Below are positions 9,738-19,598 of a stretch of DNA of 62,713 bases, in pieces. How positions within the stretch are numbered: the stretch's first letter is position 1; each line of letters begins with the position of its first letter. Both the position numbers and the translations under genes were made by a program. The notes under the pieces were generated by a model, which did no database searches, was not told where the DNA came from, and saw nothing but the letters and a program-made list of their open reading frames with translations. Origin of the DNA: Candidatus Woesearchaeota archaeon (GTDB taxonomy: Archaea; Nanobdellota; Nanobdellia; Pacearchaeales; GW2011-AR1); assembly GCA_964606775.1 (NCBI GenBank), contig CAZSGW010000001.1, forward strand, positions 90,002 through 152,714, in the 5' to 3' direction.

Positions 9738-10721
9738 TCAAACTCTATTCAACAAATTCTTCAAAAGTTTAATGGAATACATAACTATCAAAGGACCTAA
9801 AATAAAACCGATAACGCCAAAAAACGCAAGACCTCCAAGAACTCCTACCAACATCAAGAAAGGATTTAACTTAGCTTTATCTCCAACAATTTTCGCTCTC
9901 AACAAGAAATCTACAAGAGTCAAAATCAAACCAGCAATTAAAACACCTATAACAACCGAATAATCTCCCATCGAACCATAATAAATTGCCAAAGGTAAGA
10001 AAACAATTATCGGACCAAAACCAGGAATAAAAGTAAGAAAGAAAATAAATAGCGAGGGAAGAAAGTAAAACTCAACTCCAGAAAAATAAAAACCTAAAAC
10101 TGCAATTCCAAACTGAATCAATGCAATAAAAAAAGTTCCATAGATAATATTTTTGGTAGTCTCTCCTAATTCTTTAGAAATTTTATCCCTTCCCTTAAAA
10201 GAAACATATTTCTTAAACTGCTCCTGTAAAGAATCCCAATTAACCAAAATAGTAAAAATACCAAAAATTAAAACAATAAAATGAATTATAAGATTTGGAA
10301 CAAAAGAAACCACTGAATCAATTTTAGAAAACAAATAAGATTTCAAATTCAAAGAAAGATTCTGCAAATTAACTCCTAATTTATCTAAAAAAGAATCAGA
10401 GATAAATGTCTGAAAAAACGAAATAATACTATCTTGCTGAAGCGAACTTGCCAACTCAACAAATAATCCATTTATTAAATAATAAAACACCAAAAACAAA
10501 AACGCTACAATAATCAAAACACAAAATGAAGCCGACAAAAGTTTCGGAAAACGCTTATTAAAAAAACTATACAAAGGGTAAATCAAAAAAGCCAAAATAA
10601 AAGCAGAAACAATAGTTATCAAAAAAGGTTTCAAAACTTTATAAGACAAAAAAAGAATCAAAACGATAAGTGCCCAAATAAAAACTTTCTTAAAATTTTT
10701 TGAAAAATCCTCGTTAACCAT
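9738..10721 (-). CDS. AI-2E (PerM/UPF0118) family transporter-like membrane protein
   Basis: 327 aa and polytopic. The C-terminal VLGGLAFFGVIGFILGPLIV segment and the overall layout resemble the AI-2E family. Confidence 0.55.
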   Translation of the reverse strand: MVNEDFSKNFKKVFIWALIVLILFLSYKVLKPFLITIVSAFILAFLIYPLYSFFNKRFPKLLSASFCVLIIVAFLFLVFYYLINGLFVELASSLQQDSIISFFQTFISDSFLDKLGVNLQNLSLNLKSYLFSKIDSVVSFVPNLIIHFIVLIFGIFTILVNWDSLQEQFKKYVSFKGRDKISKELGETTKNIIYGTFFIALIQFGIAVLGFYFSGVEFYFLPSLFIFFLTFIPGFGPIIVFLPLAIYYGSMGDYSVVIGVLIAGLILTLVDFLLRAKIVGDKAKLNPFLMLVGVLGGLAFFGVIGFILGPLIVMYSIKLLKNLLNRV

Positions 10722-10722
10722 T

Positions 10723-11046
10723 TTACTTTAATTTTACCGCAGTTCCATAAGCTAACATCTCAGATGCACCTTTCATAATCATAGAAGTCATAAATCTAAA
10801 ACCCACAACCGCATCAGCACCCAAATCAACAGCCTGGTTTATCATCCGGTTAAATGCTTCATCACGAGCATTAGTCGTCATTTGAGTATAAGTTTTAACT
10901 TCACCTCCAATCAAACTCTTGAAACCGGCACCAATATCTCTTCCAATGTTTCTCGCTCTAACAGTATTGCCTTTAACAACACCTAAAATTTTATCAACCT
11001 TTTTTCCAGGAACATCATTAGTACTCGAAACAATCACCTCTCCCAT
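10723..11046 (-). CDS. YbjQ/UPF0145 family protein
   Basis: 107 aa. The run VVKGNTVRARNIGRDIGAGFKSLIGGEVKTYTQM...AVDLGADAVVGFRF...EMLAYGTAVKL is the typical YbjQ (DUF74) pattern. Confidence 0.8.
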   Translation of the reverse strand: MGEVIVSSTNDVPGKKVDKILGVVKGNTVRARNIGRDIGAGFKSLIGGEVKTYTQMTTNARDEAFNRMINQAVDLGADAVVGFRFMTSMIMKGASEMLAYGTAVKLK

Positions 11047-11047
11047 A

Positions 11048-11239
11048 TTATAAATTAGTCATTTTAGTTTTTATATCTTTTCTCTGTTCAATCTTATCTT
11101 CGGATTTATTCAACAAAATAATCAAACCAACAACAAGAAGAATCAATCCATAAATCCAACCAAAAAAAGGAATAAACAAAAAAGTCACGCCAACTAAAAT
11201 AAAAATAATTCCAGTAATCAACCTGCTAATCAAAACCAT
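11048..11239 (-). CDS. small membrane protein
   Basis: 63 aa with two hydrophobic helices. It lies 1 nt upstream of the ybjQ-like gene. Confidence 0.45.
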   Translation of the reverse strand: MVLISRLITGIIFILVGVTFLFIPFFGWIYGLILLVVGLIILLNKSEDKIEQRKDIKTKMTNL

Positions 11240-11319
11240 AATTGAAAAAATAAAAAGAGATTAATAAACATAACTGAAAAACCCACAAGATATAAAAAAG
11301 ATAAAGAACTTATAAAAAA

Positions 11320-12369
11320 ATGTTTGAAGAATTTCTTCAAGGGACTTACTGGAATAACACCGGAAAAGAATATCTAATCGCGCTTGCAATTTTTGTAGGA
11401 TCCTTCATAGTTTTCAGACTATTCAACTACTCCATAATTCATTCACTAAAAAGATTTGCTAAAAAATCCAAAACAACTTGGGATGACATAGTAGTTGATT
11501 TTCTCGATGGAATACACTGGAATTTTTTCTTTTTCCTTTCAATATACATTGCATCAACATTCTTAGTACTTCCAGAGTTACTAGGGAAAATATTGTATTA
11601 CGCCATGTTAATCCTAACAGGATTCTATATTGCAAAAGGATTAAGTCAAATAGTTCAACATTTCGTAGAAAAACAAGTAAGAAAAAGGCAAGGATTCGAA
11701 GAAAACAAATCCATGATGAAAGTATTTGCAACAATTTCAAAAATAATCATTTGGTCTCTTGTTCTATTAATGGTCCTATCTAATTTAGGTATTGAAATAA
11801 CTCCTCTGATTGCAAGTTTAGGGATAGGGGGTTTAGCCATCGCCTTTGCTTTCCAGGCAGTATTGGAAGATTTATTCTCAGCATTCGTAATATATTTTGA
11901 CAAACCATTCAAAGAAGGAGACTTCATAATAATCGGAAAAGACATGGGAACAATAAAACACATCGGAATAAAATCAACAAGAATTGAAACTCTTCAAGGA
12001 CAAGAATTAGTTGTATCAAACAAAGAACTAACTACAACAAGAGTTAACAATTACAAGAAAATGGACAAAAGAAGAATAAATTTTAACATAGGAGTAACCT
12101 ATTCAACAAGTTCAAAGAAATTAGAAAAAGCAAAAGAAATAATTACAGATGTAATAACCAAAATAAATAATGCAGATTTAGACAGAGTCCATTTTAAAGA
12201 ATTCGGAGACTTCAGCTTAATTTATGAGGTAGTGTATTATGTAAAATCTGCGGATTATAACGAATACATGGACACTCAAGAAAAAATAAACATGGAAATT
12301 TACAAGAGGTTTGAAAAAGAGGGAATAGAATTTGCATTCCCAACACAAACAATCCATTTAGAAAAATAA
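11320..12369 (+). CDS. MscS-family mechanosensitive channel
   Basis: 349 aa with N-terminal TM helices, followed by FDKPFKEGDFIIIGKDMGTIKHIGIKSTRIETLQGQELVVSNKEL, the MscS beta-domain signature. Confidence 0.8.
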   Translation: MFEEFLQGTYWNNTGKEYLIALAIFVGSFIVFRLFNYSIIHSLKRFAKKSKTTWDDIVVDFLDGIHWNFFFFLSIYIASTFLVLPELLGKILYYAMLILTGFYIAKGLSQIVQHFVEKQVRKRQGFEENKSMMKVFATISKIIIWSLVLLMVLSNLGIEITPLIASLGIGGLAIAFAFQAVLEDLFSAFVIYFDKPFKEGDFIIIGKDMGTIKHIGIKSTRIETLQGQELVVSNKELTTTRVNNYKKMDKRRINFNIGVTYSTSSKKLEKAKEIITDVITKINNADLDRVHFKEFGDFSLIYEVVYYVKSADYNEYMDTQEKINMEIYKRFEKEGIEFAFPTQTIHLEK

Positions 12370-12927
12370 TTACTCTTCAACTATCTGTGCTTTTTTATCA
12401 TCAACCAAAATTTTAACAATTTCTTTGGGAAGATTTGCCATCTGACCCTCATCAAAAGGACCTACTTTATTTCCAGTCATATCAACAAACTCTTCAACCT
12501 TATCCAAAAAAACAATCAAAGAATTCTTAGAAGATTGATCCTCAACTTTTGAGTTCAATTTTTCAGAAAGTTTCTTATCCGAAGCATCCATACACTTCAT
12601 CAATTCCTCAAAAAGTTCTTTTTCAAAATCAAGCATATTCTCAAAATCTTGCTTAGAAATCCCCGTCTCAGCAGCAATTAAAACCAAATCCAAAATTTTC
12701 TTTCTTCTCTTAGTCAGTAACTCTCTAAACAAAGTCCTCGCATTTTCCAATTGCTTCTTTGTTTTCATAACAACATCAGAAAAATCCTCTTCACTCTGCA
12801 AGGCCACTTGTTTTTTACTCTCTAAATAAGCCGAAACCTCAAAAATAAAATTCTTCGGAAGCTTTTGCAACTGGTCAGAATACCTCTCCTTCCTCGCAGC
12901 TTCATATATATCATTATAAGTTATCAT
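12370..12927 (-). CDS. gins51: GINS51-type (Sld5/Psf1-like) replication complex subunit
   Basis: 185 aa. The N-terminus has ERYSDQLQKLPKNFIFEV. The C-terminal B-domain-like segment is VFLDKVEEFVDMTGNKVGPFDEGQMANLPKEIVKILVDDKKAQIVE. Both match archaeal Gins51 patterns. Confidence 0.65.
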   Translation of the reverse strand: MITYNDIYEAARKERYSDQLQKLPKNFIFEVSAYLESKKQVALQSEEDFSDVVMKTKKQLENARTLFRELLTKRRKKILDLVLIAAETGISKQDFENMLDFEKELFEELMKCMDASDKKLSEKLNSKVEDQSSKNSLIVFLDKVEEFVDMTGNKVGPFDEGQMANLPKEIVKILVDDKKAQIVEE

Positions 12928-12987
12928 TTCATATCCAAATTATTCTCTATTAAAAAACAATTTATTTTTATTAATTTCTATATTGAA

Positions 12988-14232
12988 TTACTTGTTAAAG
13001 CCAACAATACTAAACAAATCCTTCCCAACAAATTCTCCTAAATTTCCTTCCTTAGAATCCTTCTCAGTAAATCTCTGTTCCTTTTTTCCCTTCCCAACAT
13101 TATAAAATAAAACTGGAACCATGTCCGCAGAATGTTTTTCCAAAATACATGGAGTAGAATGGTCTGCGGTAACAACCACTTTAATCTTATGCTTTTCTGC
13201 CCACTTCCTCAAAAATTTGAACAAATTTACATCTAAATATTCAATCATCAATTTTTTATCAAAAGGTTTATTGTCGTGCCCAGGCAAATCAGTTTCTTTA
13301 ATATGCAAATAAGCATAATCAAATTTCTTCCTATTTTTCTTCAAATGTTTTATAGAATACTTACATGCTTTTTTCAAACTCTGCCATAAATTTTGATAAA
13401 CATCCATAGATTTCAACTTCGGAGGGTTAAAAGAAAAATTTTTCATTCCACAAACTCTCGCAAAACCTCTTTCCAGAGGCATATAAGCAACAGACATCCA
13501 ATCCTCATATTGTTTTAATTTAGGAGTTTCTATTCCAGGTCCCCTAATCAAAAGATAATTTGCAGGCAAAAAACCTTTTTGCATTCTTTCCAAATTAACT
13601 GGATGAGACTGAAGAACTTCATGTGCCTTTTTCAAAAATTCATTAACAATTTTCGCAGTATATTGAGAATTTTCATCTTCATCCAAAGCTTTACAAGGAA
13701 CAACCTTTTTTACATCTCCAGCCTTACCTTGATAATAAGTAGTGTCATTTCCAGAAACATTATCCGAAAAACCCCCTCTAAAAACCAAAGCACCTCTGTG
13801 TTGAACGGTAGATCTAAAGACAAAATCAACTGGAAGCTTTATTTTATTTAATGCCTTAGCCAAAGAATTAGCTTCCCTTGTAGTAAGTGTCCTACCTGCC
13901 CTACGACTCATAACATTTCCTGTTTCCAGAGAATCAATAGTTGCAAAATTAGTTCTCAAAGCCAAATCCCCTCGATTCAATTTCAAATCAGTTCCTCTCG
14001 CCTCCAATTGCCCTCTAGTAGACGAAAGCAATTCATTCCCAAAAATAGAAACAATGGCTTCATCAGATTCCGGAACAAAATTTTTCTTAACAGGATGCAT
14101 AGAACCCAATTCCGAACGAGAAGCAAACCAATCCAAATTTGGAGTATTCGCAGCTTCCAAAGGACTTTTATTATTCAAATCCGGAGATTCCCTATCTCCC
14201 AAACCATCAAGTATAATTAAAACTCCTTTCAT
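12988..14232 (-). CDS. apgM: 2,3-bisphosphoglycerate-independent phosphoglycerate mutase, archaeal type
   Basis: 414 aa. MKGVLIILDGLGDRESPDLNNKSPLEAANTPNLDWFAS, and later VVVTADHSTPC, is the typical ApgM metalloenzyme pattern. Confidence 0.85.
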   Translation of the reverse strand: MKGVLIILDGLGDRESPDLNNKSPLEAANTPNLDWFASRSELGSMHPVKKNFVPESDEAIVSIFGNELLSSTRGQLEARGTDLKLNRGDLALRTNFATIDSLETGNVMSRRAGRTLTTREANSLAKALNKIKLPVDFVFRSTVQHRGALVFRGGFSDNVSGNDTTYYQGKAGDVKKVVPCKALDEDENSQYTAKIVNEFLKKAHEVLQSHPVNLERMQKGFLPANYLLIRGPGIETPKLKQYEDWMSVAYMPLERGFARVCGMKNFSFNPPKLKSMDVYQNLWQSLKKACKYSIKHLKKNRKKFDYAYLHIKETDLPGHDNKPFDKKLMIEYLDVNLFKFLRKWAEKHKIKVVVTADHSTPCILEKHSADMVPVLFYNVGKGKKEQRFTEKDSKEGNLGEFVGKDLFSIVGFNK

Positions 14233-14362
14233 GTAAAAAAAAAGACTCCCTCATTTATAAAAATTTAGATAGTTTTTCCAGTGACAACAAATAAAATTAT
14301 GACAAAGCCCAAAAACAAAAACTAATCCAAAACCTTAAAACTTCTCCTATTATATTAATTCT

Positions 14363-15556
14363 ATGTTCGGAAAACTAAAAAATAAGCTAAAAAGCTGGAC
14401 AAAATCACTTGGAAAAAAGGCAGAAGAAACCGAGAAAGAAGAATCAATAGAAGAAACTGAAGAAATAGAAAAAACCCCAAAAAAAGTAGAAAAACAAAAA
14501 GAGAAAAAACAATCAAAAGAAGAAAAGAAAGTTCAAAAAAGGAAAAAGAGAGAAGAAAAAAAACAGAAAAAACCTGAAAAGAAAGAAGAGCCCGAAACAA
14601 CTTCTAAAGAAATTAAAAAAGAAACTGAAGAAATTCAAGAGATTCCAGAAGAGAAACCAACAGAGAAAAAGAAAAAATCGCTCTTCAAAAAAATAATTTC
14701 CTCAACAAAAAAGATAACAGAAGAACAATTCCAGGAATATTCAGAAGAATTAGAACTTTCCCTTATCGAAAACAATGTTGCATTAGAAGTTGCCGAAAAA
14801 ATAATCAACGACTTAAAAGAAAAAATCATTGACAAAGAAATTCCAAAAAAAGAAATAGAAAAAACAATTGAAGAAGCACTAAAAGAAATAATAAAAGAAA
14901 TATTAATTGAACCTTACGATTTAATTGAGAAAGTAAAAGAATTTCGAAAGGAAAATTCTGAACCCTATGTAATTCTATTCTGCGGGATAAATGGAACTGG
15001 AAAGACAACCTCCATTGCAAAAATTGCAAGCAAACTAAAAGAAAATAAATTGAGCTCTGTAATGGCAGCAGGAGATACATTCAGAGCTGCAAGCATCGAA
15101 CAAATAAAAAAGCACGGAGATAATTTGGGGATAAAAGTTATAGCAAACGACTACGGCTCCGACCCTGCCTCAGTAGGATTTGAAGCGATAAAGTATGCAA
15201 ATAAAAATAATTTAGATTGTGTTCTAATAGACACTGCCGGAAGAATGCATACTGCAAAAAACCTTATGCAAGAAATCGAAAAAGTTTCAAGAATAACAAA
15301 CCCTCAAACAAAAATTTTCGTGGGAGAATCAATCACAGGAAATGACATAGTCGAACAAGTTAAATCATTCAACCAAGCAATAAAAATTGATGGAATAATT
15401 TTAAGCAAGGCAGACATTGATGAAAAGGGCGGAACAGCACTCTCAGTCGGATATGTTACAAAAAAGCCGATTTTATATTTGGGAACAGGACAAGAATATC
15501 AAGATTTAGAAAAATTCGACAAAAATAAATTTCTTGAGAAGTTATTTAGTGACTAA
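14363..15556 (+). CDS. ftsY: signal recognition particle receptor FtsY
   Basis: 397 aa. The N-terminus is a K/E-rich A-domain. The NG domain has GINGTGKTTSIAKIA (G1), DTAGRMH and LSKADIDEKGGTALS. Confidence 0.9.
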   Translation: MFGKLKNKLKSWTKSLGKKAEETEKEESIEETEEIEKTPKKVEKQKEKKQSKEEKKVQKRKKREEKKQKKPEKKEEPETTSKEIKKETEEIQEIPEEKPTEKKKKSLFKKIISSTKKITEEQFQEYSEELELSLIENNVALEVAEKIINDLKEKIIDKEIPKKEIEKTIEEALKEIIKEILIEPYDLIEKVKEFRKENSEPYVILFCGINGTGKTTSIAKIASKLKENKLSSVMAAGDTFRAASIEQIKKHGDNLGIKVIANDYGSDPASVGFEAIKYANKNNLDCVLIDTAGRMHTAKNLMQEIEKVSRITNPQTKIFVGESITGNDIVEQVKSFNQAIKIDGIILSKADIDEKGGTALSVGYVTKKPILYLGTGQEYQDLEKFDKNKFLEKLFSD

Positions 15557-15663
15557 AAAACTCCTAAAATCCAGAAAACCCATTTAAAAAGGTTTCTACA
15601 AAAATCTGTAACTTTTCGGAGAAAAACAACATTTAAAAAGAAAAAAGAACATCACAATTTTGA

Positions 15664-16020
15664 ATGGAAGACTTAGATCCCCATCGCGAACTCAAAGAAA
15701 TCTCAAATTTAGAGATAAAGGCAATTTCTAAAAAAATAAACAAAGAACTGGTAAAAGACCTACTCTCTAAACTAAACAGAGAAGAAAAACCAGAGAAAAA
15801 TACTCCTAAAGAAGAGAAAAACCCCCTAAAGAACTATAATTTAATCCAAGACCAAAATTACTCAAGAAATGAGCCACAATATCAGAAAAAAGTAGAGAGT
15901 GCAAAATATGATAACAAAATAAACATTCTAGAAACAACACGTTTTGACAGACAAAAAGAATTCAACCAAAACATGAAAAAGATGTACGAATCACTTATAA
16001 AACTCGGTTTAAGCCAGTAA
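15664..16020 (+). CDS. hypothetical protein
   Basis: 118 aa hydrophilic ORF between ftsY and srp54. No family recognised. Confidence 0.4.
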   Translation: MEDLDPHRELKEISNLEIKAISKKINKELVKDLLSKLNREEKPEKNTPKEEKNPLKNYNLIQDQNYSRNEPQYQKKVESAKYDNKINILETTRFDRQKEFNQNMKKMYESLIKLGLSQ

Positions 16021-16119
16021 AAACTCCAAAAATAGTTAAGAAATATAGTTTGACTTTACCAATAATTCTCTAAAAACACAAACCAAAAACTTCTTAACCC
16101 TCTTATTTCTTACTAAAAC

Positions 16120-17487
16120 ATGTTAGAAAAGTTAGGAAATACCCTAAAAAAAGCAACAGACAAAATAGCGAATGCTATATTTCTAGACAAAAATCTGGTT
16201 GATGGAATAGTAAGAGATTTACAAAGAGCACTAATTGAAGCGGACGTAAACATAATTTTAGTAAAACAGCTCTCAGACAGAATAAAAAAAGCCGCACAAG
16301 ATGAAAGAATAAAGGGAATTGAAAAAAAGGAACATGTAATAAAATTACTTCATGATGAACTTGTAAAAATCCTTGGAGAATACAAAGAACTAAAACTTGA
16401 TTCAAAAAAACAAAACAGAATTATGCTTCTCGGTTTATACGGGGCAGGTAAAACTACAACAACTGCAAAACTTGGAAACTGGTTTGCAAAACGTGGAAAA
16501 AAAGTTGCACTTGTAGGGCTTGATGTTCACAGGCCTGCAGCAAAAGAGCAATTAAAACAACTCGGCGAAACAAACAACCTAAATGTTTTCGTTGATATGG
16601 AAGAAAATAATGCAGTTAAAACATACAAAAAATTCCAAAAAGAACTAGAAAAATATGATTTAGTTCTGATTGATACAGCAGGTAGACATACATTAGATAA
16701 AGAACTAGTTAAAGAAATTAAATCACTCAACAAAGAAATAAAGCCAACCGAGACAATCTTAGTTATGCCCGCAGATATAGGACAGGCAGCAAAAAAACAA
16801 GCCGAAGAATTCAAACAGGCCTTGGACATGTCAGGAGTAATAATTACAAGAATGGATTCAACAGCAAAAGCGGGTGGAGCGTTAACAGCCTGTGCAGAAG
16901 TTGATGCAGGAGTTTATTTCATAACAACAGGTGAAAAAATAAACGATATCGAAGAGTTCGACCCCGAAGCCTTCCTCTCAAGATTATTGGGAATGGGCGA
17001 CCTATCCTCTTTAATTCAAAAAATACAGTCCGTTACAGGAGAAAAAGAACAAAAAGAAATGCAAGAAAGATTACAAGAAGGAAAAATAACCCTAAACGAT
17101 GTAATAGAACAAACAAAATCAATGGGTGCAATAGGAGGATTTGACAAAATAAAATCGATGATTCCAGGATTAGGAAAAGCAAAAGTTCCGGAAGATAAAT
17201 TACAGCAACAAGAGCAAAAAGTAAAGAAATGGGAACACATAATTAAATCAATGACTCCAGAAGAAAGAGATAATCCAGAATTATTCGAAAAACAAACTTC
17301 AAGAATAGGAAGAGTCGCAAAAGGTGCGGGAGTAAATAATTCAGAGATTAGAGCTCTACTTAAACAATACAAAATGCTTCAATCAATGATAAAGGAACAA
17401 GCTTCATTCGACCCTTCAAAAGGAATGGACATGAAAAAAATGCAAAAAATGATGAAAAAATTTGGTGGAAAAAAGATGAGGTTTTAA
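16120..17487 (+). CDS. srp54: signal recognition particle protein SRP54
   Basis: 455 aa. Motifs GLYGAGKTTTTAKLG, DTAGRH and ITRMDSTAKAGGAL are present, with a Met-rich M domain at the C-terminus (MDMKKMQKMMKKF). Confidence 0.92.
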   Translation: MLEKLGNTLKKATDKIANAIFLDKNLVDGIVRDLQRALIEADVNIILVKQLSDRIKKAAQDERIKGIEKKEHVIKLLHDELVKILGEYKELKLDSKKQNRIMLLGLYGAGKTTTTAKLGNWFAKRGKKVALVGLDVHRPAAKEQLKQLGETNNLNVFVDMEENNAVKTYKKFQKELEKYDLVLIDTAGRHTLDKELVKEIKSLNKEIKPTETILVMPADIGQAAKKQAEEFKQALDMSGVIITRMDSTAKAGGALTACAEVDAGVYFITTGEKINDIEEFDPEAFLSRLLGMGDLSSLIQKIQSVTGEKEQKEMQERLQEGKITLNDVIEQTKSMGAIGGFDKIKSMIPGLGKAKVPEDKLQQQEQKVKKWEHIIKSMTPEERDNPELFEKQTSRIGRVAKGAGVNNSEIRALLKQYKMLQSMIKEQASFDPSKGMDMKKMQKMMKKFGGKKMRF

Positions 17488-17530
17488 CCTCTCCGAAAAA
17501 ATTTATAATCCACAAAAACAAATAAATTCT

Positions 17531-17896
17531 ATGAAAAAAAGAATAAAAAAACAAATCATCTGGCTAACACTAACTGCTTTAATTATGGCAATAGGCCTAG
17601 TACTTCTAAAATACCTCCCAATGCAAATCTTCGGAAAGAATATACTTTTTGACGCATCAGCACACATTGTAATAACAAGCTTCATCCTTTATACAATATA
17701 TTATTTCATAGATCAAAACAAAAATTGGACAACCCCCTATTTCATATTTTCTGCAATAATTTTAACAACAATTTCGATTCAAAGAATACTCAAAGACAAA
17801 CACAACGACATAGGAATAATGTTAGGATTTCTAATAGTAATAATCGCAATAGCAATTCCAAGATTTAAACAAATAAAGAAAAAATTGATATTCTAA
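17531..17896 (+). CDS. small polytopic membrane protein
   Basis: 121 aa with 3-4 hydrophobic helices. Confidence 0.5.
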   Translation: MKKRIKKQIIWLTLTALIMAIGLVLLKYLPMQIFGKNILFDASAHIVITSFILYTIYYFIDQNKNWTTPYFIFSAIILTTISIQRILKDKHNDIGIMLGFLIVIIAIAIPRFKQIKKKLIF

Positions 17897-17935
17897 AACA
17901 ATAATTCTTAAAAACAAACTTAGTTTTTTCGTATA

Positions 17936-18217
17936 ATGAGTCTAGAAAAAGAGGTAAAAATACCAGAACATCAAGAAAAATTAAAGAAAGAAATTCTCAA
18001 CGCAATACAAAACCTTCCAGACAACACATTAACACCTAACGGAAAACATATTCAAGCAACAAAAATGATTCCTATAAACACCTTCTATTTTGGACTAGAA
18101 GATAAATCACAACTAAAAATTCCAAAAGACGCAAAAAATATAGAAGAATACAAAACAACGTCTGCAACAGCATTTCAATATAAAGGTTTAAATTACTTTA
18201 TTGGCTTTAACAATTAA
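17936..18217 (+). CDS. hypothetical protein
   Basis: 93 aa ORF. Confidence 0.4.
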   Translation: MSLEKEVKIPEHQEKLKKEILNAIQNLPDNTLTPNGKHIQATKMIPINTFYFGLEDKSQLKIPKDAKNIEEYKTTSATAFQYKGLNYFIGFNN

Positions 18218-18462
18218 TGAAAAAATATAGAATCCTGATTTTATGGATAGGATTTATAACAATCATAATTCTAGGAGCGAGCGTAATAAATGAGATTCTA
18301 TTTCTAGTACTAAAGGAGAAAATAAATAATCTAGCTTTCAATCTAATCTCTTTCACACTAATTTTTTTGTTTATAACATTTTTATTCAAAATAAAACCCT
18401 TTAAAGAACTATCAGAAAACTTAGATAAACTTGAAAACAAACTCAAAAAGAAAAATCTATAA
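18217..18462 (+). CDS. small membrane protein
   Basis: 81 aa with two hydrophobic helices. Its start overlaps the stop of the preceding ORF (TAATG). Confidence 0.45.
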   Translation: MKKYRILILWIGFITIIILGASVINEILFLVLKEKINNLAFNLISFTLIFLFITFLFKIKPFKELSENLDKLENKLKKKNL

Positions 18463-18484
18463 ACTCAATTTCCCAAATAAGATC

Positions 18485-18625
18485 ATGGAAATAGAAGTAA
18501 TTTTAGAACCACAAGAAGAAGCAATTGAAAATATAAAAGAAGCATTAGAATTATGGCTTGAACCAGATCAAAACGAAATACTTGCTTTCAAAGACAATTT
18601 TGAAACTAAAAAAATAAGAATATAA
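18485..18625 (+). pseudogene. HicB-like antitoxin remnant
   Basis: Reading from the ATG at 18485 gives MEIEVILEP-QEEAIENIKEALELWLE... This keeps the first strand and the EEA..NI.EA.EL.LE helix of small HicB/UPF0150 proteins. It lacks the middle segment (DEDGGY...PGC.TQG). Confidence 0.35.
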
Positions 18626-18687
18626 TGGAACTTCCGCAAATTTCTGGAAAAATAATAAAGTTAACAATCCCTAATCACTCTAAATAA
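18625..18687 (+). pseudogene. HicA-like toxin N-terminal fragment (20 codons)
   Basis: ATG overlaps the previous stop (TAATG). The translation MELPQISGKIIKLTIPNHSK-stop has LP.ISGK..IK, the usual HicA start. The GSH catalytic part is missing. Confidence 0.35.
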
Positions 18688-18753
18688 AAAAAAGAACTCT
18701 AAATAGAATAATAAAAGATTCAGGATTAACAAAAAAAATTTTCAATAAATAAA

Positions 18754-19371
18754 ATGGCTTCACAAAAAATTCTCTCACAAGGCGCAGAAGCAAAAATAAT
18801 TCTTGAAAAAGACTTTATAATAAAGGATAGAATCTCAAAATCTTACAGGCATCCAGAACTAGACAAACAAATAAGAAAAAGAAGAACAAAAGCAGAAACA
18901 AAACTCCTAAAAAAAGCTTCTAAAATAATTAATTCCCCCATTCCAGAAAGTTCAAAAGAATTCGACAAAATAAAAATACCATTCATTGATGGAAAAAAAT
19001 TATCTGAACGACTAGAAAAATTAGAACTTAATGAACAAAAAAAAATAATGAGAGAAGTTGGAAAATCGATTGCAAAAATTCACAAAGAGGACATAATTCA
19101 TGGAGATTTAACAACTTCAAATATGATTCTAAAAAAAGATAAAGTTTTTTTCATTGATTTTGGATTAGGATACATTTCAAAAAAAATAGAGGATAAAGCG
19201 GTTGATTTGCATCTACTTCACCAAGCACTAGAGGCAAAACACTTCGAGCACTGGAAAGAACTTTTACAGGAAGTAAAAAAATCTTATGAAAAAAAATTGG
19301 GAAAAACAGAGGCAAAAAAGATTTTTGAAAGAATAACTGCAGTTGAAAAACGAGGAAGATATAGACACTAA
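18754..19371 (+). CDS. bud32: KEOPS kinase/ATPase Bud32
   Basis: 205 aa. LSQGAEAKIILEKDFIIKDRISKSYRHPELDKQIRKRRTKAETKLLKKA is followed by IIHGDLTTSNMIL, FIDFGLG and EDKAVDLHLL, the typical archaeal Bud32 pattern. Confidence 0.85.
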   Translation: MASQKILSQGAEAKIILEKDFIIKDRISKSYRHPELDKQIRKRRTKAETKLLKKASKIINSPIPESSKEFDKIKIPFIDGKKLSERLEKLELNEQKKIMREVGKSIAKIHKEDIIHGDLTTSNMILKKDKVFFIDFGLGYISKKIEDKAVDLHLLHQALEAKHFEHWKELLQEVKKSYEKKLGKTEAKKIFERITAVEKRGRYRH

Positions 19372-19406
19372 TAAGTTTTAAAAACAAATAAGAATTCAAA
19401 AAATAA

Positions 19407-19479
19407 AGCCCCGTAGTACAGTGGTCAAGTATACTGCCCTTTGAAGGCAGTGACCCCGGTTCGAATCCGGGCGGGGCTA
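19407..19479 (+). tRNA. tRNA-Gln (anticodon UUG)
   Basis: Cloverleaf: AGCCCCG-TA-GTAC-AGTGGTCAA-GTAT-A-CTGCC-CTTTGAA-GGCAG-TGAC-CCCGG-TTCGAAT-CCGGG-CGGGGCT-A. The A1-U72 first pair is typical of archaeal tRNA-Gln. The anticodon loop CT-TTG-AA gives UUG. Confidence 0.88.
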
Positions 19480-19598
19480 TATTTCCTTCTGTCATTTTCC
19501 CTAAGAAACAGGCACACTACACCCTAAAATAACAACTCCTATTTACTTCTAAAAAATGCTCGAGAATTAATATAAATAAATCAATTAATAGAAATACC

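Noticed and set aside
14400-14720. An apparent tandem repeat (GAAAAA/GAAGAA-rich) at the 5' end of ftsY.
   Set aside because: It is the K/E-rich acidic-basic A-domain common in FtsY. I saw no regular repeat unit and no spacer structure.
14361-15080. Minus-strand ORFs 14361-14600, 14635-14835 and 14826-15080, antisense to ftsY.
   Set aside because: Their F/L/S-rich translations are typical of the antisense of K/E-rich codons. The plus frame carries unmistakable FtsY motifs.
16175-17685. Minus-strand ORFs antisense to srp54 and to the following membrane gene (16175-16405, 16527-16829, 17016-17372, 17360-17554, 17503-17685).
   Set aside because: SRP54 motifs on the plus strand are unambiguous. 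The antisense ORFs are C/S/F-rich with no motifs.
19151-19495. 114-aa minus-strand ORF spanning the bud32 3' end and the tRNA-Gln.
   Set aside because: It runs antisense through a well-folded tRNA and a recognisable Bud32 C-terminus, so it is spurious.
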